IMG/VR virus record: IMGVR_UViG_3300030376_006298
Coordinates: 1 to 26,745 of that record
Direction: 5' to 3' (one strand)
Length of the DNA: 26,745 bases
From: a virus
Lineage: Duplodnaviria; Caudoviricetes
Positions 16,301 to 23,141 of the stretch are shown here, piece after piece (position 1 is the first letter of the stretch; each line of letters opens with the position of its first letter). The position numbers were made by a program, and so were the translations under genes. The notes beneath the pieces were generated by a model. It saw only the letters and a list, made by a program, of their open reading frames with translations. It was not told where the DNA came from and made no database searches.

Positions 16301-18841
16301 ATCTTTACTTAGTGTTATTTGATTTGAACTAACATTTATTCCAATTACAAAAGTGTCATCGGGAATAACTGAAGAACCTGTTGTTACAGGAACATGCACT
16401 ATCCTATCACCTATTTCATAATTAGCCACAGTAACATTAGTGACAGTAGCACCCGAAAAAACAAAAGAAGCCTGTTCCGAACTTGCGACTTTAGAAGCAA
16501 CTTTACCAACATACGACATTGTTCCCGTATGGTGTTTTATGTGTAGTTTATCCCCTACTAGTGCCGCATCATGCACAGCCTTAACAGCAATAACTTCGTT
16601 ATTACTAAAATTACACGAAGCCGAGCCACCTAAACTAGTTAATTTATTATAAGGACTTTGTGTAGAATAAATAATATCTTGAGAAAACAATGTATTCTTT
16701 GTTAATATTGGAGAAATTAATTTCCTAATATTACTTCGACCTGCTAATTTTATTTGAGTTAATCCATTTTCTTTGAAGTTGTCTATTCTTTCTACTTCTC
16801 CATTTAACTTTTCTATTACAATAGCATATTGACCCGACATATAATCTAGCATAGTTCCTTGAGAATGGTAGGCCGCTTCATTACTTGTGCTTCCATCCGA
16901 GTCAAAATATGCTTTATCCGAGAAAGATAATGTTAGTAGTTTTTTATTTACATCTAATGCAGTTACAGTAGCATATAAGAAGCCAAACTCCCTAGATAAA
17001 AACTTAACAAGAACAGTATTTTGTCTGTTCACTACTAGGGGAAAATCTGTAAATAAAGTTTTATCTTTTTTATTATATGCTCTCCTTTCAAGAACACTAT
17101 CGTTTGCTAAGGTGTAAGAACCCGTAGTAAATATTGATTCTGTTTCTAATCTATTTTCGCTTCTAAAGGTAATGTTTTGAGTTTTACCACTAATAGATGC
17201 TATGCTTTGAACAATAACTATTCTTGTGCCAACTCTAACTTCATCGCCAACATTTAGATAACTACCTAAATCGTGGTCTGTTGTTGTTGCGTAAGTGTTA
17301 CCACTAGGGTTTGCAGTTATTTTAGCACCTATTGTTTTAAATTCGTTAAAGTCGCCACTAAACAACTGATGTCTAATTCTAAGTGGTTCTCCACTATCTA
17401 TTTTTTCAGTTAATATTCTAAATGGGTCTGCTAAAGTGACTTCGGCCAAAGTTCCCTTTGCTCCCATTGATTCAAGCAATTGGTGGTCTAAAACATTGTA
17501 TGCTAGGTTTGCTTTATCTTTAGAAAAACTATACGACAAATATCTATATGGGCCGGTATAATCTTGGTCGCCTGTTCCTGTTATAGAATCATTAGCGTCT
17601 CTTCTAGCATTAGTAAAACAAGCATCTCTTGTAAAGGGAGTGTAAGTTAATATTGTTTCTCCTTCATTACTAGTATGCGTAGCGGGACTATCTTGATTTT
17701 TTAGATTATCAACAAGTCTTGTTTTCAAAGAATGCCTACCGTAGTCTATAATATCTGTTCCAAAATCAGGAGTGGTTGTAAAGAAACTAGTAGTGGCTAA
17801 ATCATCTGTTGCTCCACTAATAAAATCTAATTCACTATAAATTAAATTATATTTTTTATTGTGGTCTAATTCGTTTTTCTTATCTAAGTTTTCATTGAAG
17901 AAAAAGAACAACGGTCTTGATACTGTCGCTTTATGTCCTATACTGCTTTTTATTCCTAAACCCACCGCTACTTCTGTAATGTTATTAGATATAGGTGTAG
18001 AGAATAATTTAAACTTAACATTTTTTGCTATTTCATCTCCCAACTTTGGCCTAAACTCAAATGAATCTCCGGCAACATCATCCTCAAATCTTTCCGAAAC
18101 TTTAGCAAAATGATGCTTGCTTGAGTCATCGGAATGAATCATAACAAAAACATGATGTGTTGATAATATATCGGGGAGAATAGCCCCTGTTTGTGTTAAG
18201 TCATCAAAACATTTTATTCTATTACCTTCTGTTACTGCTAAATTCCTATGCTCTAATCCCAAAACATATGTCGCATTGCTAGCGTTAGCACTTGCTTTTT
18301 CAGTTAAGGCAAATTCAGTTGAAGAAATTATCCTTTCTATTCTTGCTTGAGTTCCCGTAAATCCTGTTCCATTTACACTTTGTCCAACATACAAAGAGTT
18401 AGTATTGCCGCTTGATAGTGTTACCACATTGCTATCTTGTGTAACATTACAGTTAGCCAATGTGCTTCTGCCAATTGAAGTTAAAGTAACAGAACCCGAA
18501 CCGTCTTCTGTAATAACTACACCAAAAGAGTCTACTGATGTAGAGGTAGCACTAACGCAAAGTTGTGGATTAGTTGGAGTATCATGTGCTGTTTTAGTAA
18601 ATGTAACAGTTCCGGTTGCTCCCGAATCAGTAGCCGCTTTGCTCATGGTTATATTTGCATTAGTAGATATTGCTGTCACTATGGCACTAGTAGATAAATT
18701 AGTTCCGCTAACTTTCATGCCGATAAGAATGTTGCTTGTATCACTTATTGGTAAAGTCACACTACCGGATGTAGCGGTTGTTGTGGATTTAGTTACTGTT
18801 GTAGTCGGCCTACTTAATGCTACTACTGTAGAAGTTGTCAT
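10349..18841 (-). CDS. Giant tail tip/hub (host-recognition) protein, 2830 aa
   Basis: Long uninterrupted ORF downstream of TMP/Dit, with repeated 'VGM.V.GTGI' beta modules. The C-terminal ARELLK…LRVGDVVTV…FIVLEIKH segment is hub-like. Confidence 0.7.
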   Translation of the reverse strand: MTTSTVVALSRPTTTVTKSTTTATSGSVTLPISDTSNILIGMKVSGTNLSTSAIVTAISTNANITMSKAATDSGATGTVTFTKTAHDTPTNPQLCVSATSTSVDSFGVVITEDGSGSVTLTSIGRSTLANCNVTQDSNVVTLSSGNTNSLYVGQSVNGTGFTGTQARIERIISSTEFALTEKASANASNATYVLGLEHRNLAVTEGNRIKCFDDLTQTGAILPDILSTHHVFVMIHSDDSSKHHFAKVSERFEDDVAGDSFEFRPKLGDEIAKNVKFKLFSTPISNNITEVAVGLGIKSSIGHKATVSRPLFFFFNENLDKKNELDHNKKYNLIYSELDFISGATDDLATTSFFTTTPDFGTDIIDYGRHSLKTRLVDNLKNQDSPATHTSNEGETILTYTPFTRDACFTNARRDANDSITGTGDQDYTGPYRYLSYSFSKDKANLAYNVLDHQLLESMGAKGTLAEVTLADPFRILTEKIDSGEPLRIRHQLFSGDFNEFKTIGAKITANPSGNTYATTTDHDLGSYLNVGDEVRVGTRIVIVQSIASISGKTQNITFRSENRLETESIFTTGSYTLANDSVLERRAYNKKDKTLFTDFPLVVNRQNTVLVKFLSREFGFLYATVTALDVNKKLLTLSFSDKAYFDSDGSTSNEAAYHSQGTMLDYMSGQYAIVIEKLNGEVERIDNFKENGLTQIKLAGRSNIRKLISPILTKNTLFSQDIIYSTQSPYNKLTSLGGSASCNFSNNEVIAVKAVHDAALVGDKLHIKHHTGTMSYVGKVASKVASSEQASFVFSGATVTNVTVANYEIGDRIVHVPVTTGSSVIPDDTFVIGINVSSNQITLSKDVTSNITSIEKLERPVIILEDFSRAETRVLPSGTLTSGGSDSATLFKESNKNYVLNKALATNPFIDSTTSLSGASNKGLFFNSGVKITPTGAEGDRLVGTSGSDNENAIGYEISDVSNMLSDAHFQAILEDEGDNAESFDTINTLIDFEIVSKKSAGQNKGTVVKIAPYNPLTLGRVDINYASTQDTSFSKKDLGKTLHDFSYARSFIDVNSDEALSAVNHLRGQRNLHGKPIYINGKFLANVVSVEKSAELIYSSTWSTGGNTVEVTASASHGLSEGMVLSGNGAFSGNTITSIDGNTLTITGTAGAGTTADVEFSLPSTLARIYLDREVGKTELSCKLNSNLTVTNIPTIEDIFVGMGVTGTGIPASTTVTSVGVKSITISNAATISLESSLTFTLLSGTVVDKLHGHNNDDITRESSKLTHELNFLNGGHLHGAKNISLIHPKVNNANAFNITSVLNYRMNGEQVFHRRQNTSGGNAGNTARTVLGSVIRNNFLGSYQSSFGASNYRLNNIEQGNYNKTKHLFFRDKDFHFYVDKPSKIGFYGSGYRYNAGYYTDGFLKNNIIGTDICGLNFINHGRMQTFSGSPYVKFLFEIYISGGANSFSFDVFRLGQSITHLDSTPAIPENTFVGNIVGKHNTSTSQDGEFIMRDKDGNAVNATANSTASSEFHAFDNKKIIESRGYIPCVGDKFYETKTLEKFSNSHFIGHDQVELGGSPRVLYNPFPFVKTFGNDTMLGTGNKLISLHQFKDQIEQIDPKIARMFLFSNSDLLPYSSTRKDSLLNKKLDRSLSEYSMLTINSPRKNDFSETKEAVLGKTNSLEFLDDSYNTFNIRSVISNKKIGELRRFSLMRLTEVTFDIFYNQFDPENIPKQDKNIGIINRYPQLSIINTGASASSISGKVINTVDPHTGSATTVSSLVAGDIVCDKNGRYIGVVDSISTGVINLKANAHKTDLDANSAADFYVPRYNHRDGSSPNGQFMRLFHFDVARNQLANASNTVGAANIKGYNGDNDFSTVGLINPLQMATMRGLASAINGYVDTVRTDKESGYGGLGTKFALDRHPENTGSNPATAQTSVQGVGEDSTLILPITFAGDSIFSQLAGNHTIAEMVTRNYSNYYSKRRSEIFAPLTELTFSPEDGLGSVGFDAVNAHSFGGSTTANITNHESKAYMNHLPVFLDRYKIAGGTGAKVSIGMTAPRLVSCRQIDFDATSANKKEVRFGIQSKTINASYVPAHAGFRSRKVKTNSTDITAGVTNADADFVTYNNDADGVFAGLKPLLKIDTGYIAPCTFTLGSARCVDDLDRVESSSLGQFGSTTLNYSYLHSPEGKIPKFTRVYEVDMVSNPNKLFMTSNATSAGTDINVRVSQHYVTKEEATNGTEVHVISIHDKSVLRGETSRASAPNLLFPNNLHWLSYMDLTGCYLVSEEVEAYNPQAEIVEDYATAGGGIGGSHGIGSGQNMMRYSINNTSPKYMLYVISHEIDTTRQERNHILTLSGTFPDAVTNNSNNQRFKNFRIMQPNHTCFHSFSPNKIRINELSSKYTKMPSEDATYPAKIPNYLWGEEFSDRTQEGNNEAVLSMYVVVDPDGQSADGNLVVENPVNLRDNIMASGTVEMNISDGSNSKLTSVTFEDSGDNIRFDITIEKQEEMLGVVSLSETIDILVDGQAGDIGERALIGSVVSVCQDSDKLINELMEINDLDFNLEESAYPYYVAPNFRGVDLFSAIKFLMSKKNKKLIEDNGVFTIDENDSSIFKTSIFFTTKNTDTRIFTYSKEKSEFDLFNEIIVNGKNKKSVVRDIRSIMLKGRKTLQVFENELVTQSDVNKRARELLKLHNNNSFGLSISVGHKGISHLRVGDVVTVEIPEENIARSRFIVLEIKHNLTGTLDLELGSYTKGLEDRFTELAIENRGVNNKVREDDIDDSDVAFNFLDLVKVKPIEFKVVKKSTPVGAFTLGTNSTDSETLNTNTNALNIGVTTFTTLLEEEF

Positions 18842-19938
18842 TCATCCACCTCCTCAAACCTAAAATAAAATAATGTGTCACTAAAGTTAGGCAATAGATT
18901 ATTTATGAAAAATTGCTTTTTGATTGTTCTAATCATAGACATTTCATGTAACTCTCCCATAAATTGTTTGTTAGCAATAGCACTTTCTGTTCCTGTTCCA
19001 TTATTACTAGAAGCCCCAATAAAGTAATCTTCTTGAGCCATAGAAAATGTATTAGATGTAGATATGGTCTGTTTCTTAACTAATATGCCATCTAAGAATA
19101 TTCTAATTTCTTTACTTGCTTCATTGTAAACACAAGCAATATGAAATTGATTATTGATATAACTAGCGTCTTTGAAGGCGGGAATAAAAATATTAGTGCT
19201 ACTACTAATACTACTAGATGGAGCAGTATTCAACACAATACTAACACCGGAGTTAATTGAAGCAATAGTTCCTAGTGAAGTAAAATTAAAACCGCTTCTT
19301 GTAAAGACTTCTTGCCCTACATGAAATTTAGCAGTTGAAGCCACCGGAACCGTTGTTGTGCTATTCGACCCATCAGTAACCCCTCCAACAACATGAGTTA
19401 TCCTACCATTTTTATCAAAGCCTTCTAAAGTATCGGCAGTATAAAACCAACCAAAACCCGATGTAGCAGTAATTACAGCCCTATCGGTTGTTACTGTTTG
19501 GTCGCTTCCTAATTTTATTGTGACTTTTATTTTATATTCAGCAGGTTGATTTTCATTATGTAATGTAGAATTAACTAATGATATTGTAAAATTAGTGCTA
19601 GAAAAAATATTCATTTCATGCACTAGCCTATCAGCAATTGGCATATACTCATTACTTTGAAAATCAGCACTACCCGCATCACTAAATATTGCACTAGGCA
19701 TCACTTTTGTTGTAGCGGTAACAGTAGGTCTTGCTGTTGCTGAATATTGACCAAAACCATTTATGTCATATGGAGTAAGTATTGCTTCAAAAGTAAAATC
19801 TCCCGTGTGTTCATATATACCATACGCTTCATTATCCGAAGTGATAGGAACATTGTCGCTATAATCTATTCTAACATGACCATTACACATTACAGGGAAT
19901 ACCAAACCACGCTGTTTTCCTATAAGTGTATCATACAT
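18838..19938 (-). CDS. LamG/concanavalin A-like domain tail protein
   Basis: DFTFEA, FHIACVY…IRIFLDG, and FIGA…FMGELHE. Confidence 0.7.
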   Translation of the reverse strand: MYDTLIGKQRGLVFPVMCNGHVRIDYSDNVPITSDNEAYGIYEHTGDFTFEAILTPYDINGFGQYSATARPTVTATTKVMPSAIFSDAGSADFQSNEYMPIADRLVHEMNIFSSTNFTISLVNSTLHNENQPAEYKIKVTIKLGSDQTVTTDRAVITATSGFGWFYTADTLEGFDKNGRITHVVGGVTDGSNSTTTVPVASTAKFHVGQEVFTRSGFNFTSLGTIASINSGVSIVLNTAPSSSISSSTNIFIPAFKDASYINNQFHIACVYNEASKEIRIFLDGILVKKQTISTSNTFSMAQEDYFIGASSNNGTGTESAIANKQFMGELHEMSMIRTIKKQFFINNLLPNFSDTLFYFRFEEVDE

Positions 19939-19946
19939 ATTATCAC

Positions 19947-20648
19947 CTACGATGGAACTAATAAAGCAATTTCAAAATCTAAACTAAAACTTAACTCGAA
20001 AGTTTCAGCACTCATTTCACAACTAAACTGTCGAATAAAACCAGTCAAGCCTGTATCTGTATCAGCATCGGGAAAAGAAGATATTTTTGCAGGAACACCT
20101 ACATTGTCTAAAGCATTATTATCTCCTCTCGATGCAAAATTAAACGGAACATTTTGTCCTGCACTTCTTTCACTATTAGCATTAACAGTTTGTGTCCATG
20201 TTCCACCTGCGGCTTCACAATCGGTTTTATTTTTATGGTCAGTAATACTGCATGTTCCTCTAAAATTATAATCACTAGCAACAAATGAGGGCATCAAAAC
20301 TATCAATTCATTAAACGCTTGATTTGTAGCGAACCCTGTTGAATCAACGCCCGATGCAATCATTTGAGCAATTTCGTGTGCTGTAAATTTAATAGCATCA
20401 CCCACTTCACTTTTTGTTACGGTTTGGTCTAATATTACTCCACTAACTGATATTGTTTTTTGTGCCATGCCTAAATCTAATGCCGCAGTTATTGACTCAC
20501 CAGTAGCAACACCGGATAACGGAACTTCAAAAGAAGGAATTGTTTTACTAACACTTATGCTAACTGATGTGGCTTTTAATTCTATTACATTCGTGGTCAG
20601 GCCATTAGACGGCTTATGTGCTTGTAACTTAAGATAGACACTACTCAT
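19947..20648 (-). CDS. Putative distal tail (Dit-like) protein
   Basis: Immediately follows the tape measure gene. It is beta-rich with a tube-like fold signature (ISVSGVI…GFIRQFS…FSLDFE). Confidence 0.5.
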   Translation of the reverse strand: MSSVYLKLQAHKPSNGLTTNVIELKATSVSISVSKTIPSFEVPLSGVATGESITAALDLGMAQKTISVSGVILDQTVTKSEVGDAIKFTAHEIAQMIASGVDSTGFATNQAFNELIVLMPSFVASDYNFRGTCSITDHKNKTDCEAAGGTWTQTVNANSERSAGQNVPFNFASRGDNNALDNVGVPAKISSFPDADTDTGLTGFIRQFSCEMSAETFELSFSLDFEIALLVPS

Positions 20649-20652
20649 TTAA

Positions 20653-22377
20653 TCACCTCACAAACCCACTAGAAGATACACTTCGTTGTATTTTATTTGT
20701 TATCATATTACCCAATTTATCGGCTATTCTTCTTAGTTCAGCATCCGATGTATCTTTGGCATTTATTGTAACATTAACAGTATTGTTGAAAACACTACTA
20801 TTGTTAGTTTGAGAACCTGCTAACATTTTCTTACTGTCAGCATTACTATGCACTCTTGAGCCTTTTGGTAGATTGACTATTTCTGCGCCCTTTTCTCCCA
20901 CTACTGTTAATCCACCATCGGAAACTCCTCCATCTGCCATGAAAGGAAGTTTAAAACTATCTTTTACTTTAGCAATTATGGCGAATATTGCCGCAACAAA
21001 GAGAGTAATGAAAGCAAGAGGCAATGCAATGGTAGCCAATGTATTAAGAGCAAAGGCCGCTAATAATTTTACTAGTATTGCACCAACAATAAACTTACCA
21101 ACTGTAAATAATATATCATTAAAGTCTCCGTTCATTAGTCCTTCAAATAAATCAATTGCAGTATAAAATAAACTGACTAGTAGAGAAAATCCTAATTTTA
21201 ATAAAACTTTAGCCGCCAATTTTGCCATATCAAAGAGAATCATCCCCATCTCACTTACTTTTTCTAATGCTGTGTTAATGTCACCGCTAAATAGGGCTAC
21301 CCCTGTTTCATACAACACTTGAGCCAAATCCATTACCATAAGTCCTATGTCTATTATGTCTTCTATTGCCCCCATTCCTTCAAAAAATTGATATGCATTG
21401 TGTAGCATTTTTGCCAAAACTAGGAACGCTAAGATACCCATAGTTACAAATATTAATGTTCTAAACAAATAATTCAAGACTCCTTTGGCTAACTTGGTAA
21501 AGTTTCTCATAAAGTTATGAAACTTTAATACTCCTGCCCCGATTTTAGAAATAACATCAATTCTTTTCCCTATTCTTGTTATCAACGGAGGCATTTCAGC
21601 GACTCCTTCTCTTTTTCTATCTCCTTGTGTTCCTAAAAAGAAATCTCCGAATTTTTTTGAATCTTCTACAAATGTTTCATTGAAACTTCTACTCATTGAT
21701 TTTCCTATTCCTTTTTTCAACCCCTTCATTCTTTCCATGAAAGTTTTATTTTCAAGATTAACACTTTCTTGGATTATAGCATCAGTTTTTGCGTCTTTAA
21801 ACACTTTTTCGGTTGCTTTTGCTTTATCAGCCAACTCTTCTAATCCTTTAGCATACGCCTTTATTGGACTACTGCCAGTTAATACCGCTTTACTATAAGC
21901 CAAAGTGCCTTTTATTGCCTCTTTTTGCTCATCGGTATGCGCTTTTTGTATTTTTGTTAATTCATTAACTCTTTCTCTTTGTGTCATTAGCCCTTCGCTA
22001 ACTTTTTTATTCATTTCAGCCACAAGTTCATTTTCGTTTTTAATTCTTCTAAACTCCTTTCTCATCTTCTCATTAGATTTGACGAGATTAATTACCTGTT
22101 CATCAGCCTCTCTTTGTGCTTTACTATTTTTCTTAGAAGCCTGTTCTATCAAAGCCAATGAATCTACAAATGCTCTAACTTTGTTTTGTAGTTTCCATAT
22201 AGGACTACCCGATACTATTCTTGAAAAGATAGTCCATTTTTTGCCCGAACCCGATATATTATCGGACATTTTGATAAGTCGTTTAGTAAGACCTTGAAAT
22301 TCTAAACCTGCTTTGAAAGTTACTGTATTTAAGTCACCTAGATTATTAATCATTTTGGAGACTTCATCTTCGGCCAT
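20653..22377 (-). CDS. Tape measure protein
   Basis: Helical coiled-coil N-terminal half, several hydrophobic segments and the C-terminal MADGG…VGEKGAEIV…GSRV motif. It follows the chaperone pair. Confidence 0.8.
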   Translation of the reverse strand: MAEDEVSKMINNLGDLNTVTFKAGLEFQGLTKRLIKMSDNISGSGKKWTIFSRIVSGSPIWKLQNKVRAFVDSLALIEQASKKNSKAQREADEQVINLVKSNEKMRKEFRRIKNENELVAEMNKKVSEGLMTQRERVNELTKIQKAHTDEQKEAIKGTLAYSKAVLTGSSPIKAYAKGLEELADKAKATEKVFKDAKTDAIIQESVNLENKTFMERMKGLKKGIGKSMSRSFNETFVEDSKKFGDFFLGTQGDRKREGVAEMPPLITRIGKRIDVISKIGAGVLKFHNFMRNFTKLAKGVLNYLFRTLIFVTMGILAFLVLAKMLHNAYQFFEGMGAIEDIIDIGLMVMDLAQVLYETGVALFSGDINTALEKVSEMGMILFDMAKLAAKVLLKLGFSLLVSLFYTAIDLFEGLMNGDFNDILFTVGKFIVGAILVKLLAAFALNTLATIALPLAFITLFVAAIFAIIAKVKDSFKLPFMADGGVSDGGLTVVGEKGAEIVNLPKGSRVHSNADSKKMLAGSQTNNSSVFNNTVNVTINAKDTSDAELRRIADKLGNMITNKIQRSVSSSGFVR

Positions 22378-22378
22378 A

Positions 22379-22591
22379 CTAATTACCTGCTTGTCTTTTT
22401 ACTTTCTCTAATTCTTCATGTTTAATCTTTTCCATGTTATAATGAACTAATAATAATTCCATCACTAAACTAGATGGCATTTTATAAACTTCTAACGGAC
22501 TTATAGATAAAGCCGAAGCCAAAGTATAAGTCATAATTAAAAATGCTATTCTTGGTTCTGTTTTTTTACCTCGAATAGCATTTTCAATCAT
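22379..22591 (-). CDS. Tail assembly chaperone, downstream (T-like) part
   Basis: Lies between the chaperone and the TMP, in the -1 frame relative to the upstream ORF. Contains LSISPLEVYKMP. Confidence 0.65.
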   Translation of the reverse strand: MIENAIRGKKTEPRIAFLIMTYTLASALSISPLEVYKMPSSLVMELLLVHYNMEKIKHEELEKVKRQAGN

Positions 22592-22953
22592 TCGTTTTTT
22601 TCTTCATCCTCCTGTAAAACATTCATAGGATTTGGTAAGATTTCTTTTAATTGATTGCCAACATAAGGACTTAGCCTTAGCATATCAAGTGTTGAGAGTG
22701 ATGGTTCTGTTTTTGAAATAAAATTCTCGACCATATAACGATACATAGAGTTAATATCAATATCTACATTTTGTGTCCTAGCATCTAATTTCATTATACT
22801 ATTCATCGCTTTTTCGGATTCTAGCCATGTGGGTTCTTTTACCCACACTTTTAGGTATTCGTCTTGGTCGGGTGCTACTTTAACATAGTGTAGCGTAGGC
22901 TCTTGTAGCGCAAATAGCGCATCTTTATTCTTTATTACTTTCTTTTCAGTCAT
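22588..22953 (-). CDS. Tail assembly chaperone (G-like); start moved to ATG 22953
   Basis: GGTGGA RBS, position between tail tube and TMP, and an end in GAA AAA AAC GAA TGA. Confidence 0.7.
   Translation of the reverse strand: MTEKKVIKNKDALFALQEPTLHYVKVAPDQDEYLKVWVKEPTWLESEKAMNSIMKLDARTQNVDIDINSMYRYMVENFISKTEPSLSTLDMLRLSPYVGNQLKEILPNPMNVLQEDEEKNE
22594..22600 (-). other. Programmed -1 frameshift slippery heptamer A AAA AAC
   Basis: In-frame X XXY YYZ heptamer one codon before the stop. A -1 shift reads into the 22379-22591 ORF. Confidence 0.7.
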
Positions 22954-23007
22954 ATTATCCACCTTCAAAACCAACAAACAAACAAACGGTGTTGGTGGAA
23001 TTTATAA

Positions 23008-23136
23008 TTACTCGGCCTTTGGAGTTTCTTTTTTCTCCTCCTTAGCCTTTTTAGCGGCTTTACGGGCTTCTGCCTTTTTAGCCGCTTCTAATTTTTTAGC
23101 CATTTTAGCGTTAAATTTTTCGTGATATGAAACCAT
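23008..23136 (-). CDS. Small Lys/Ala/Glu-rich protein (42 aa, MVSYHEKFNAKMAKKLEAAKKAEARKAAKKAKEEKKETPKAE; not in the ORF track)
   Basis: ATG lies 5 nt after the tail tube stop, preceded by GGGATGA, and the ORF fills the gap. Confidence 0.65.
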   Translation of the reverse strand: MVSYHEKFNAKMAKKLEAAKKAEARKAAKKAKEEKKETPKAE

Positions 23137-23141
23137 TTAAA

